Positions 30,973-40,060 are shown, counted from the stretch's first letter. The stretch: DNA of 58,085 nucleotides from a virus (IMGVR_UViG_3300047199_000067:1-58085), one strand, 5' to 3'. The notes: generated by a model not told the origin, from the sequence alone. Made by a program: numbers and translations.

Positions 30973-31168
30973 CTATGCGGTTATTGACGCAGGATTGATA
31001 ACAGATACAGCGAGCCTGGCAGGAGACTTGGAATTATCAGAAACAGAGATAGCAGATATTATTTATGAAATTGAAAATAAATATGAAGTGGCGTTGCCTG
31101 GTGATTTTGAGGACTACGAATACGTTACCGAGCTTATTGACGCAGTTTGCGTACAGAAAGGGGTGTAG
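30923..31168 (+). CDS. Acyl-carrier-protein-like protein lacking the canonical DSL serine
   Basis: Aligns by eye to ACP helices; DLELSETE in place of DLGADSLD. Confidence 0.65.
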   Translation: MVSRQEIEQDIIRIVSSYAVIDAGLITDTASLAGDLELSETEIADIIYEIENKYEVALPGDFEDYEYVTELIDAVCVQKGV

Positions 31169-31567
31169 TAATGGGTAAAGGTCAGAAGGAATATAAAGTA
31201 GATACTAATATATCGATGGAGGATTTGCAGATGCGTGAAGCACCCGTCGATATTACTCCTACGAAGTTGTTTTATAATTTTGTGTTTTCGATGTTCAAGA
31301 AGTATGACCTAAAGCATAGCGGGTTCAATGGTCATCAGCATAAGTTAATCCGAGACGTCAGATATAAGTTCGAGGAAGCGGTCAAGACAAGCGCAACAGT
31401 TATTGTATTCCTTGATAGAGAATTAAGATTTATCAATGACGTATTCTATGACGCAAGTTCAGGGATAGAGTCGAACGAGATAAGGGAGCGGATACACGAT
31501 AAGATATTAGCGGCGTTCGGCAAGGATAGTGTTGAAGAAGAAAAAGATGATGTGCCAGAAATAAAGA

Positions 31568-31596
31568 TTGACAAGTAATATAGTATAGTGTAATCT
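31568..31596 (+). promoter_or_regulatory. Sigma70-type promoter for the deazaguanine operon
   Basis: TTGACA-17bp-TAATCT. Confidence 0.6.
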
Positions 31597-31603
31597 ATTA
31601 GAC

Positions 31604-31657
31604 AGGGATATCTGCATTTGCTCTTAACAGAGGAAAGGCGGATATCCCTTTTTCTTT
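31604..31657 (+). terminator. Leader hairpin + T-tract between promoter and queD (attenuator-like)
   Basis: AGGGATATCTGC/GCGGATATCCCT stem with inner CTCT/AGAG hairpin, followed by a T-rich tract. Confidence 0.6.
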
Positions 31658-31697
31658 GTATCCTACCTGCAAGCCCCTCAATTATATAGGAGGTTGT

Positions 31698-32084
31698 ATG
31701 TATCTGATAAAGAGCGAAGGCTCGTTTGATTCGGCTCATAAGCTCAAGGGCTATAAAGGCAAGTGTAGTCGGCTTCACGGCCACCAATGGCGATTTGAAG
31801 CCACTTTTGCTTTTTATGGTAAGCTTGATAAAATAGGGATTAGCATAGACTTTAAAGAGGTTAAGAATTGGCTAAAAGAGGTTGAGGAGAGATACGACCA
31901 TAAGCTATTGGTCTTTAAGCCAAACTCGACGGCAGAGGTTATAGTAAAAAAGATTTATGAGTTGTTGTCAGCGCATAACAAGGAAGGCGTTATAAGAGTC
32001 GCTAAGGTAGCCTTGTGGGAGACTCCGAATAATTGTATAGAGTATTATGAGGGGGTAGAGTCAGGAGGGGTGTTGAAATGTTAA
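31698..32084 (+). CDS. queD: 6-carboxy-5,6,7,8-tetrahydropterin synthase
   Basis: FDSAH, CSRLHGH, DH, STAE, WETP. Confidence 0.92.
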   Translation: MYLIKSEGSFDSAHKLKGYKGKCSRLHGHQWRFEATFAFYGKLDKIGISIDFKEVKNWLKEVEERYDHKLLVFKPNSTAEVIVKKIYELLSAHNKEGVIRVAKVALWETPNNCIEYYEGVESGGVLKC

Positions 32085-32686
32085 TTAATGAAATGTTTTT
32101 ATCCTTACAGGGCGAAGGATATGAGTCGGGCGAGTTGACCTATTTTATAAGAACGGCTCGTTGTAATCTCCAATGCTCGTGGTGCGATACTAAGTTCCAA
32201 GACCCTGCAACAGAGATGAGGGTGTTAGAGGTTATAGGCAAGGTAAGCAGGTGCGGGATAAAGAATATCTGTATCACAGGCGGAGAGCCGTTGCTTGAGG
32301 AGGACTTCTATCAATTGGAGGAGTGGCTATTTAAGGCAGGGTACAATACAGTCGTAGAGACGAACGGGAGCATATCAATAGAGAATATAAAATCTCAAGT
32401 TGCTATGGATATTAAGCCGCCGAGTAGCGGTATGGCGGAGCAGTTTTTGAGAGAAAATCTTGACCGTTTAAAGCCTAATGACCAGGTCAAGTTTATCATA
32501 CAAGACATCAAGGATTATGATTATGCAAAAGAAATGTTAAAGGATATAAAGCAGGGTAAGGTTATTTTTATGCCTGTGTGGGATGAGAAGTTCAAAGCAG
32601 CAAAGGATTTGGCAAGATGGATAATGGCGGACAGGCTATCGGTTCGATTGAGCCTTCAAATGCACAAGATACTGCATTTAAAGTAA
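32078..32686 (+). CDS. queE: 7-carboxy-7-deazaguanine synthase
   Basis: SLQGEG, CNLQCSWCDT, TGGEP, ETNG, Q.HK. Confidence 0.93.
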   Translation: MLINEMFLSLQGEGYESGELTYFIRTARCNLQCSWCDTKFQDPATEMRVLEVIGKVSRCGIKNICITGGEPLLEEDFYQLEEWLFKAGYNTVVETNGSISIENIKSQVAMDIKPPSSGMAEQFLRENLDRLKPNDQVKFIIQDIKDYDYAKEMLKDIKQGKVIFMPVWDEKFKAAKDLARWIMADRLSVRLSLQMHKILHLK

Positions 32687-33093
32687 GCTGGCAGGATTTT
32701 GCAGAGATTATGGACCAGCTCGTGCGGAGAGTGCCGAGATATAATACCTATGTCGGGATAGCCCTCGGTGGGCTATTCCCTGCGGCGTTTCTGGCTAAGT
32801 TTTATGACGCCGAGTTTATGTTTATGCAGTTTAAGCATTATAAAGACAGACAGAAATTAGAGAACGTTCGGTGGGGAGGTAATTACGGCAGACCGTACGG
32901 TAGCGTATTGATAGTAGACGACGTATCTGATACGGGAGAGACGCTGATAATGGCTCAAAAGCAAATGCCGTGGGCGGATACGTTAACATTATTCGTTAAG
33001 CCGCAGACAAAGTTTAAACCGACGTATTTTTGGTCTGAAACTGATAGATGGATAGAGTATCCTTGGGAGAGAAGCATTGAAAAGAGACCATAA
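32617..33093 (+). CDS. Type I purine phosphoribosyltransferase (Gpt-like)
   Basis: VLIVDDVSDTGETL PRPP loop; WIEYPWE C-terminus; start uncertain. Confidence 0.85.
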   Translation: MDNGGQAIGSIEPSNAQDTAFKVSWQDFAEIMDQLVRRVPRYNTYVGIALGGLFPAAFLAKFYDAEFMFMQFKHYKDRQKLENVRWGGNYGRPYGSVLIVDDVSDTGETLIMAQKQMPWADTLTLFVKPQTKFKPTYFWSETDRWIEYPWERSIEKRP

Positions 33094-33610
33094 TTTAATA
33101 AGGAAAGCTATAAGAGATTTTTTGATTGGCTTGGGAGAAGACCCTGAAAGGGATGGTATTAAGGAAACGCCTGATAGGGTAGCCCGTATGTGGATGGGGT
33201 TTAATGGTGAAGAAAAGCCATATCTCAAGACCTTTAAGTGCGAATACAGTGAAATGGTAGTAGTAAAGGAGTTGCCTTTTTACAGTTTTTGTGAACATCA
33301 TCTTGTCCCGTTCTTTGGAGTGGCTAAGATAGGATATTTACCTAAAAAGAAGGTGTTGGGGTTAAGCAAGGTGGCAAGGATTTTAGACTTTTATGCTCTA
33401 CGTCCGCAGATACAAGAACAGTTGACAATGCAGGTTGCGAAAGACCTGATGTCATTATTAAAGCCGAGCGGGGTGGGGGTTATCATAGAAGCGGAGCACC
33501 TTTGTATGTCAATGAGGGGAGTCAAGAAACCAGGTCATAGAACCGTAACAAGTTGCTTATTGGGTAAGTTCCAAGACGCAAAGGTCAGGGAGGAGTTCTT
33601 GAAGCTATGA
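33077..33610 (+). CDS. folE: GTP cyclohydrolase I
   Basis: ETPDRVARM, CEHHL.PF, GLSK..R, QIQE, H.CM.MRG. Confidence 0.95.
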   Translation: MKRDHNLIRKAIRDFLIGLGEDPERDGIKETPDRVARMWMGFNGEEKPYLKTFKCEYSEMVVVKELPFYSFCEHHLVPFFGVAKIGYLPKKKVLGLSKVARILDFYALRPQIQEQLTMQVAKDLMSLLKPSGVGVIIEAEHLCMSMRGVKKPGHRTVTSCLLGKFQDAKVREEFLKL

Positions 33611-33954
33611 ATAGGATATGGGTTTGGTGTACTTTTGAGTTTGAGGGTTTTCATAGATGGGCGGGTGCGCCCGATAGCGTGGAGTATTTAAGAACCAAGC
33701 ACAGGCATTTATTCAAGTGCAAGGTGTGGGTAGAGGTCAGGCACGAGGATAGAGAGATTGAGTTCATAACATTGAAGCACGATTGTCAAAAGGCATTAGG
33801 GGTATTGGATATAGAAAGAGTGGGGTCGTGCGAGGTGGTTGCAGGAACGATATTGATGGAGCTCAAAAAGATATATCCTAAAAGGATGATGATGGCAGAG
33901 GTAAGTGAGGACGGAGAGTGCGGAGCGAGGGTTGAGTTAGATGATAGGGAATAG
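33607..33954 (+). CDS. QueD-like T-fold protein, DpdL-like CDG decarboxylase candidate
   Basis: FEGFH, LxxxHRHxF (LRTKHRHLF), REIEF, SCE, VSEDGE; motif matches DpdL as recalled. Confidence 0.65.
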   Translation: MNRIWVWCTFEFEGFHRWAGAPDSVEYLRTKHRHLFKCKVWVEVRHEDREIEFITLKHDCQKALGVLDIERVGSCEVVAGTILMELKKIYPKRMMMAEVSEDGECGARVELDDRE

Positions 33955-34924
33955 GATGATAGATTTAGAGAAAATCAAAGGCAATATACCAACCTGCATA
34001 CAGGTAGATTGGCAGAGAGAGGTGTATATACATAATCGTATGCTTGCAAACCCGCACGGGGTTGAGTATCCCAGGGTCTATCAGCTTGAGACGACGAGTG
34101 TATGTAACCTGAATTGTGTATTCTGCCCAAGAAAGAATCTCATAAGACCAAGACAAGATATGAGTCAAGATTTATTTAAGACTATTGCTGACAGAGATTT
34201 ACGATGGACAACAGCCATTGAGTTATTCGGGTTTGGAGAGCCATTATGCGACCAGAACTATCCTGCCAGAGTAGAGTATCTCAAGTCATTAGGTAAGTAT
34301 ATCGTGGTCGCTTCAAACTGTCTTTTGGCTGACCGTATGCCTGATAGTTTATGGAAGATGGTTGACTATCTCGTCATCGATGTTGACGCAGTAAATAAAG
34401 AGCATTATGAGGCGGTCAGGGTTGGCGGTAGCTGGGAGAAGATGAAAGAGAACGTACAAAAAGTCCTGGCTATCAGAAAAGCAGCTCAAAAGTACAGCGT
34501 AGTGCAGTATATAGATTATGAATCGGAGGAAGAAGACAAGCAGAAATTTATAGCAGAGTATACAGGTCTGGCTGATGAGATAAGAGTCAAGTTCCTGGAT
34601 ACTTTCGCTGGACAAGTCCTTGAGGGAGAGCCGCAGAAAGAGGTCTGTTGCCTTGAACCTTTATATGGCGTGTCTATATGGAGCAACGGTGATGTGGTGA
34701 TGTGTGATAGAGACTTCAACGCTATCAACAGGCTTGGCAATGTAGGTGAGCATAGCTTAATGGATATATGGGGAAGCGATAAGGTGCAGTTTACCCAGAA
34801 TAGACATAAGGAATACAGGGGAGAAAGTCTGACTCCCTGCGACCAATGTAAGGAGTGGGTGTTAACGAATTTAAGAAACGTGCCTGAACTGACGGTCAAT
34901 ATGTTCAGGGGAGGTTTTGTATGA
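33941..34924 (+). CDS. Radical SAM enzyme with SPASM/twitch domain
   Basis: CNLNCVFC, GFGEP, C-terminal C..P...G.V..C...C..C. Confidence 0.88.
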   Translation: MIGNRMIDLEKIKGNIPTCIQVDWQREVYIHNRMLANPHGVEYPRVYQLETTSVCNLNCVFCPRKNLIRPRQDMSQDLFKTIADRDLRWTTAIELFGFGEPLCDQNYPARVEYLKSLGKYIVVASNCLLADRMPDSLWKMVDYLVIDVDAVNKEHYEAVRVGGSWEKMKENVQKVLAIRKAAQKYSVVQYIDYESEEEDKQKFIAEYTGLADEIRVKFLDTFAGQVLEGEPQKEVCCLEPLYGVSIWSNGDVVMCDRDFNAINRLGNVGEHSLMDIWGSDKVQFTQNRHKEYRGESLTPCDQCKEWVLTNLRNVPELTVNMFRGGFV

Positions 34925-35982
34925 TTTGGTTTGTGCCTTTAGAACGGCTTGAGGAACGTTATACCAGTCAGATGTATAATTGGGTGATTGACGGCTTACA
35001 AAGAGCTAATGTCAGGTATAAGGTTATAGAAGGCAAGCCTCTAACAAGAGGAGTAGAAACGGGAGAGGTATTGGACGCAGAAGGCACTAACTATTATAAG
35101 GCGTCGCAGCTTATGGAGATATGCCAGCTATTCAAGTATAATGAGATAAAGAACGGGGACACGTTTTTTATAGCTGACTTGTGGTTTCCTGGGATAGAGA
35201 CGATAAGATATATCGAAGCCCAGAGGCGTATGCAGGTCAATATAGCTGGCGTCCATTATGCTGGAGTATTCGATAAGCACGATTTTGTTCATAAGATGAA
35301 GCATTGGGCTATGTATAATGAGCTTGGCTGGTTAAAGCTGGCGAATTGGATATTCGTAGGGAGCGAATATCATAAGTCTTTAATAGTGCAAGGGATGTAC
35401 GATAATGGCATACAGGACGCACAGTATAAGATATACGCAACGGGGCTGGTGTGGGACGCCGAGTATGTAAAGTCTGACGTGAAGCGTAAGGAGAGGCAGG
35501 TCATATTCCCGCACAGGACAGATATGGAGAAGAACCCGAAGGACTTCTTTACTCTGGCTGACATTATGAGGCAGACAGACGAGGGGGTTAAGTTCGTAAT
35601 CACCAGCTCAAGAAAGCACCTATCAAGCAATATACAGAATTTTGAAATCCCTTATTATATAACCTATAAGTGCGGGCTTACAAAGCAGGAGTATTATGAT
35701 GAGCTTGCAAGGTCAAAGGTCTTGTTCTCAAGCGCACACCAGGAGACGTTTGGTTATGCGTTGAATGAGGGTTTACAGTTAGGGTGTATCCCGATTTGTC
35801 CTAACCGATTGTCTTATCCAGAAGTTGTGGAACACGATGAACGATTATTGTATGACAGCATATCAGAGGCGGTAGTAAAGGTTAAAGCGGCGTTGGAAGC
35901 CGATTGGGACATACGGTATTATACGAACAAGTACTCAAAGAATATAGACAGGATGTTAGAGATAATGGAGGTAGATAAGTAA
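34921..35982 (+). CDS. GT-B (GT4-like) glycosyltransferase
   Basis: FPHR...EK.P, QETFG....E....G..P..P.RLSYPE. Confidence 0.85.
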   Translation: MIWFVPLERLEERYTSQMYNWVIDGLQRANVRYKVIEGKPLTRGVETGEVLDAEGTNYYKASQLMEICQLFKYNEIKNGDTFFIADLWFPGIETIRYIEAQRRMQVNIAGVHYAGVFDKHDFVHKMKHWAMYNELGWLKLANWIFVGSEYHKSLIVQGMYDNGIQDAQYKIYATGLVWDAEYVKSDVKRKERQVIFPHRTDMEKNPKDFFTLADIMRQTDEGVKFVITSSRKHLSSNIQNFEIPYYITYKCGLTKQEYYDELARSKVLFSSAHQETFGYALNEGLQLGCIPICPNRLSYPEVVEHDERLLYDSISEAVVKVKAALEADWDIRYYTNKYSKNIDRMLEIMEVDK

Positions 35983-37835
35983 TGCGCGTTTATCTTGCAG
36001 GAGCAGAGATGCACGGAAGACCTGAATTGCTTTTAGGGCAAAAGGTCAAGTATGTTCTCGGTTCTTATTATTATATGAGGGATAAAAGGGACGGCGGTAT
36101 TGAACGCCTTAAAGGATATAAGGAAGCAGGTTGTGAGATATTTGTAGATTCAGGAGCGCATACGTTCTTTAGTGAGCTTGGTATGGGACACGGGGTCGTG
36201 GTTACGAAGGAGACAAAGACACAGGAGAGTTATGAGGAGTATTTCGAGAAGTACCTTACCTGGCTATTGACAGTAAAGGATATAGTAAGCTGCTATGTAG
36301 AGCTTGACATACAGGAGATAGTAGGGCAGGTGCAGATATGGGAGTGGAGAAGAAGGATGCGAGAGGTAGGGTTAGACCCCATAGTAGTATTGCACCCTAA
36401 AGCAAGCGATAACGTGGACAAGGAGTGGGATAGGTTGACAAGCGAGTTCACTTACTGCGCCATAGAAGGAAGCCTCCCGACCAATAGGTATGTGGGCTGG
36501 CTGACGATGAGCGAGAAGAAGAAGGTCAGGGTACACGGCTTCGCAATGACTAAGGTAGACGAGATGAGGAGATGTAAGTTCTACTCTGTTGACTCTACTT
36601 CTTGGACATCGGGCGGACGCTTCGGAGGAACTTACTTTTACCGTGGTGGTGGGCGTATGGAGGCATTTGGAAAAGATGAGAAGCGAGGCAGGGTACGGTT
36701 CAAGCAATCATTAATAAAGGCAGGCATAGATTGGGAAGCCCTTGAGAGGGACGACAACACAGAGATAGATAGGATGAACTGTTTCGCCTGGAAGCAGTTT
36801 GCAGATTGGGCAGACCGCTACCTCTTAACTAATTATGAGAGGGAAGTAGAGGGCAAAGGTCAGCAACCAAGTCAACCAATCCAACCCATAGGAGAAGGAA
36901 GGATAGCGGAGGGTACGGGAGAGTTCCTAAAGGGAGAGATACCAGCAGAGGCATTGGAGGGAGCAGTAGAGTTACCAGAGAGGAAGGAAAGAGTAGAGGA
37001 AGGTAGTAGCCTTATCAAGGAAGGCAGTAACGGTAGCGTAGAGGGGGGTAATGTAGGAGGGAGTTCTGATTCTGGTTCTTATTCTGGAGTAGTTTCTAAA
37101 GAAGTTTATAAAGAGGATAAAGGAAGCGAGGGGGGCGGAGAGGGGAAACCGAAACTCTTAAATGGGGTAGCCGATACTTTTGTGGAGAACAAGGGCAATA
37201 TACAGCAAATCCTCAAGGAAAACCCTCTTGTTGAGGAGCAGAGGCGTAAAACTTTATCGGTAGTCAAAAAGGGGAATATTGATACGCTCAAGCACGGAAG
37301 GTATGCAAGCGACCCTGTTATTTATTGTAGAGAGAATTGTCCCAAGTTCGATAGTTGCCCTCATAAGATTGGCGTGGGTTCGATATGTTATTTTGATACA
37401 AGATGGCGTCCTATCGTCGAGAGAATACAAAGCACGCAACCAGAAGTAATCCTCGAAGCTCTGGTGATGTTCGTAAGGACACAGCTCCCAAGGTTAGCAA
37501 AGAACCAGGGGTTTGAAAGCATAGATGGAGGTTACATAGATAAGAACGTAACCATATTAGCTGATAGAATATTCCAATGGCTAAAGGACATACACGTACT
37601 AATGACTCCGAAGCAACCATTAGTCCAAGTGGGTGGCGACCTAACCATACAGAAGATTGAGAACATAGTGGATAGGCTACCTGCCGATAAAGCCAAGAAG
37701 ATAGGGGACGCTATATGCGAGGTAGAGTGTATAGATACAGAGGGGGATAAGTTCGGAGGAGAGGAAAGTATTGAGGCAGAGGTAGTAAAGGAAGTCACAG
37801 AGGATAAAGAGAAAGTAGAGGAAGGTAAGCAATAG
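35982..37835 (+). CDS. TGT/DpdA-like base-exchange domain fused to a Cys-rich terminase-small-subunit-like C-terminus
   Basis: N-domain FVDSGAHT, ELD, HGF, SVDSTSW; acidic Gly-rich linker; KGNIDTLKHGRYA + four-Cys cluster + helical region; upstream of TerL with no separate TerS seen. Confidence 0.7.
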   Translation: MRVYLAGAEMHGRPELLLGQKVKYVLGSYYYMRDKRDGGIERLKGYKEAGCEIFVDSGAHTFFSELGMGHGVVVTKETKTQESYEEYFEKYLTWLLTVKDIVSCYVELDIQEIVGQVQIWEWRRRMREVGLDPIVVLHPKASDNVDKEWDRLTSEFTYCAIEGSLPTNRYVGWLTMSEKKKVRVHGFAMTKVDEMRRCKFYSVDSTSWTSGGRFGGTYFYRGGGRMEAFGKDEKRGRVRFKQSLIKAGIDWEALERDDNTEIDRMNCFAWKQFADWADRYLLTNYEREVEGKGQQPSQPIQPIGEGRIAEGTGEFLKGEIPAEALEGAVELPERKERVEEGSSLIKEGSNGSVEGGNVGGSSDSGSYSGVVSKEVYKEDKGSEGGGEGKPKLLNGVADTFVENKGNIQQILKENPLVEEQRRKTLSVVKKGNIDTLKHGRYASDPVIYCRENCPKFDSCPHKIGVGSICYFDTRWRPIVERIQSTQPEVILEALVMFVRTQLPRLAKNQGFESIDGGYIDKNVTILADRIFQWLKDIHVLMTPKQPLVQVGGDLTIQKIENIVDRLPADKAKKIGDAICEVECIDTEGDKFGGEESIEAEVVKEVTEDKEKVEEGKQ

Positions 37836-37850
37836 AGAAGCAGAAATTAA

Positions 37851-37892
37851 CTATGACAAAGTATGACAATGACTATGACAAACTATGACAAA
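37851..37892. repeat. Four phased TATGACAA repeats
   Basis: Copies at 37852, 37862, 37874, 37884. Confidence 0.85.
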
Positions 37893-38124
37893 GAGAATAA
37901 GCACAGTATAAGCAGAGCCATCATATAGAGGCGAGTGTGCGAGCAAGTGTTAGATGTAAGTGGTTCTGATAAAAGAGGATATGATAAATGGGGCAAAGGA
38001 AATGTTAGAGAGGTTGAGGCAAAGTGAAATGAGAAGCGGAGAGAGGCAGGCGGAGGAGTCGGTGTTGGAAAAAATCTCCGTTTTTTGGGCGAAAATGGGC
38101 GGAGGAGGCCTCGTCAGAGTTGCC

Positions 38125-38215
38125 CCAGTTTTTTCAGTTTGGTGCTGTATTTATAAGAGTGTGAGCTGTATAATTCCCTTGCCCGTGCCGTGCCAGTTTT
38201 TTCAGTTTGGTGCTG
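38125..38215. repeat. 23-bp perfect direct repeat CCAGTTTTTTCAGTTTGGTGCTG
   Basis: Copies at 38125-38147 and 38193-38215. Confidence 0.9.
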
Positions 38216-38455
38216 GCTTTTTAAGCACAGTTTAGTGTGCATTTCGCCCCTTAACAGAGTAAAGTAAGGTCTGGTAAAGTATGGTAAACGGTCTTAAAGT
38301 GAAAGTAGGTATGGAAGAAGTGATGGAGAAGATGACCCTTGAGGTTGATGTCGTGAGGACAAGGATGTACAGGTTGAGGTTCTGGATAGGTACGCTTTTG
38401 CTGCGGCTGGGTGTTCGTGCCCTTGGCTGTGGCATAAGGTTTAAGGAGAATAAGG

Positions 38456-40060
38456 ATGCCAGATAAGGTAACGGCAATAGAGAAGCAGGATGTAGAGCTG
38501 TTGAATGCTGTACTCGGCAGTTCAAGAGTATACAGGCAGAGGCTTGCGGCACGGAACAAGAAGTCGCTGAACTTTGATGAGTACCCTGTGGACATAGTTA
38601 CTTTTATTGAACATCACGAATACCTCAATTTGAAGGGAATTGTATGGGAGAGCGTTAAAGAGGATTTGAAGGAGATATTCAGCATAGAGAAGATGTGCCT
38701 GGGGAATAAGTTTTCGCCGTTTCAGGAAGTGGTATTAGACGAAGCAATCGGGGCGGGAAAGTCGTTCTTTACCTCGTTGGCGATTTCGTATATTGTATAC
38801 AGGCTGCTATGCTTGAAGAACCCGCAGAAGTATTACGGGTTAGCGCCTGGGTCGTTACTTGCGGTTATGAATATGAGTCCTACGGCTACGCAGGCGAAGA
38901 ACGTTGTATTCGGAGAGATTAAGGCAAGGATTGATTGTAGCGAGTGGTTTAAGGAACACGGGGGGCTGGATGATAAGATTAAGAGCGTATTGAGGTTTGA
39001 TAAGGGGATTACGATACTGCCTGGAAATAGTTCAGAGGCATTTCCGTTAGGATATAACTTGATTGCGTGGGTGATGGATGAAGGGGCGTTTTATACGGAT
39101 ACGCCAGAACACGATGTGGCGCAGGAGATTTATTATGCCCTGATGAGGAGGTCGCAGTCAAGGTTCAGGGATAGGTGGTTAGGGGTTATGATAAGTTCTC
39201 CGAGATATGTTGATGATTTTATAGAGAGGAAGATGACGGAGTCAAGGATTTACCCAGAGGTAATATACAGCAAGAGGAGAGCCATTTGGGAAGCCAAGCC
39301 AGAAGACGTTGAGAGCGTCAAGAAGAAGGAGACGTTCGAGCTGGATGGGTCGGAGATACCTTTGGTTTATAAGAAGACCTTTGAAGATAATCCCGATAAG
39401 GCGTGGAGGGATTTAGGGGCAAGACCTTCTTTGGTATTAGAGCCGTACTTTAAGCAGTGGAGGTTGGTTGAGGAGGGGTTGGATAGCAGTATGGCGCACC
39501 CGATGGATGAGAACGGATTGTTCTTTGATTGGTTCAAAGGGAACGCAAGCTATCTATATTATGCCCATATAGACTTGGCGTTGAGGACGGATGCCTGCGG
39601 TGTGGCGGTAGCCCACAAAGAGGACGACACGGTGATAGTAGATTTTATGCTTCGTATCAAGTCGAGGGACGGGAAAGAGATTGATTTGGCGGAGGTAAGA
39701 GGCATTATATATAAAATGATGGAAAATGGGTTCAATTTCGGCAAAGTAACGTATGACCAATTTCAGAGTGCCGAGTCGATACAGGAGTTGAATAAGAAGG
39801 GGATTATATCGGAGCAGCTTTCGGTGGATAAAGATTTGAACGCATACGAGACGCTTAAAGAGATGATATATTCGGGACGGTGCAAATATTATAAGTATGA
39901 GCCGTTTATAATGGAGATGAAAAGGCTCGAATTGGTAAAGGGGAAGAAAGTTGACCACCCCGCGAAAGGCAGCAAAGATGTAACGGATGCAGTAGCAGGC
40001 GCGGTCTTTAACGCAGTAAGCGAAGAAGGCAGCAGGATGATATATTTTAATATCCTATAA
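38456..40060 (+). CDS. terL: Terminase large subunit
   Basis: GAGKS Walker A, VMDEG Walker B, HIDLA nuclease, YDQFQS, VDHP..GSKD..DAVAG. Confidence 0.93.
   Translation: MPDKVTAIEKQDVELLNAVLGSSRVYRQRLAARNKKSLNFDEYPVDIVTFIEHHEYLNLKGIVWESVKEDLKEIFSIEKMCLGNKFSPFQEVVLDEAIGAGKSFFTSLAISYIVYRLLCLKNPQKYYGLAPGSLLAVMNMSPTATQAKNVVFGEIKARIDCSEWFKEHGGLDDKIKSVLRFDKGITILPGNSSEAFPLGYNLIAWVMDEGAFYTDTPEHDVAQEIYYALMRRSQSRFRDRWLGVMISSPRYVDDFIERKMTESRIYPEVIYSKRRAIWEAKPEDVESVKKKETFELDGSEIPLVYKKTFEDNPDKAWRDLGARPSLVLEPYFKQWRLVEEGLDSSMAHPMDENGLFFDWFKGNASYLYYAHIDLALRTDACGVAVAHKEDDTVIVDFMLRIKSRDGKEIDLAEVRGIIYKMMENGFNFGKVTYDQFQSAESIQELNKKGIISEQLSVDKDLNAYETLKEMIYSGRCKYYKYEPFIMEMKRLELVKGKKVDHPAKGSKDVTDAVAGAVFNAVSEEGSRMIYFNIL

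Noticed and set aside
31600-31697. Canonical preQ1 riboswitch upstream of queD
   Set aside because: Lacks the short P1 stem with A-rich 3' tail of class I and the features of the other classes as I recall them
37851-38215. Possible CRISPR array
   Set aside because: Only two 23-bp copies plus short tandem units; no repeat-spacer series or cas genes
37960-38466. ORFs 37960-38235 and 38281-38466 as terminase small subunit
   Set aside because: Short, overlap DNA repeats and have no TerS-like features; the second may still be a small real gene
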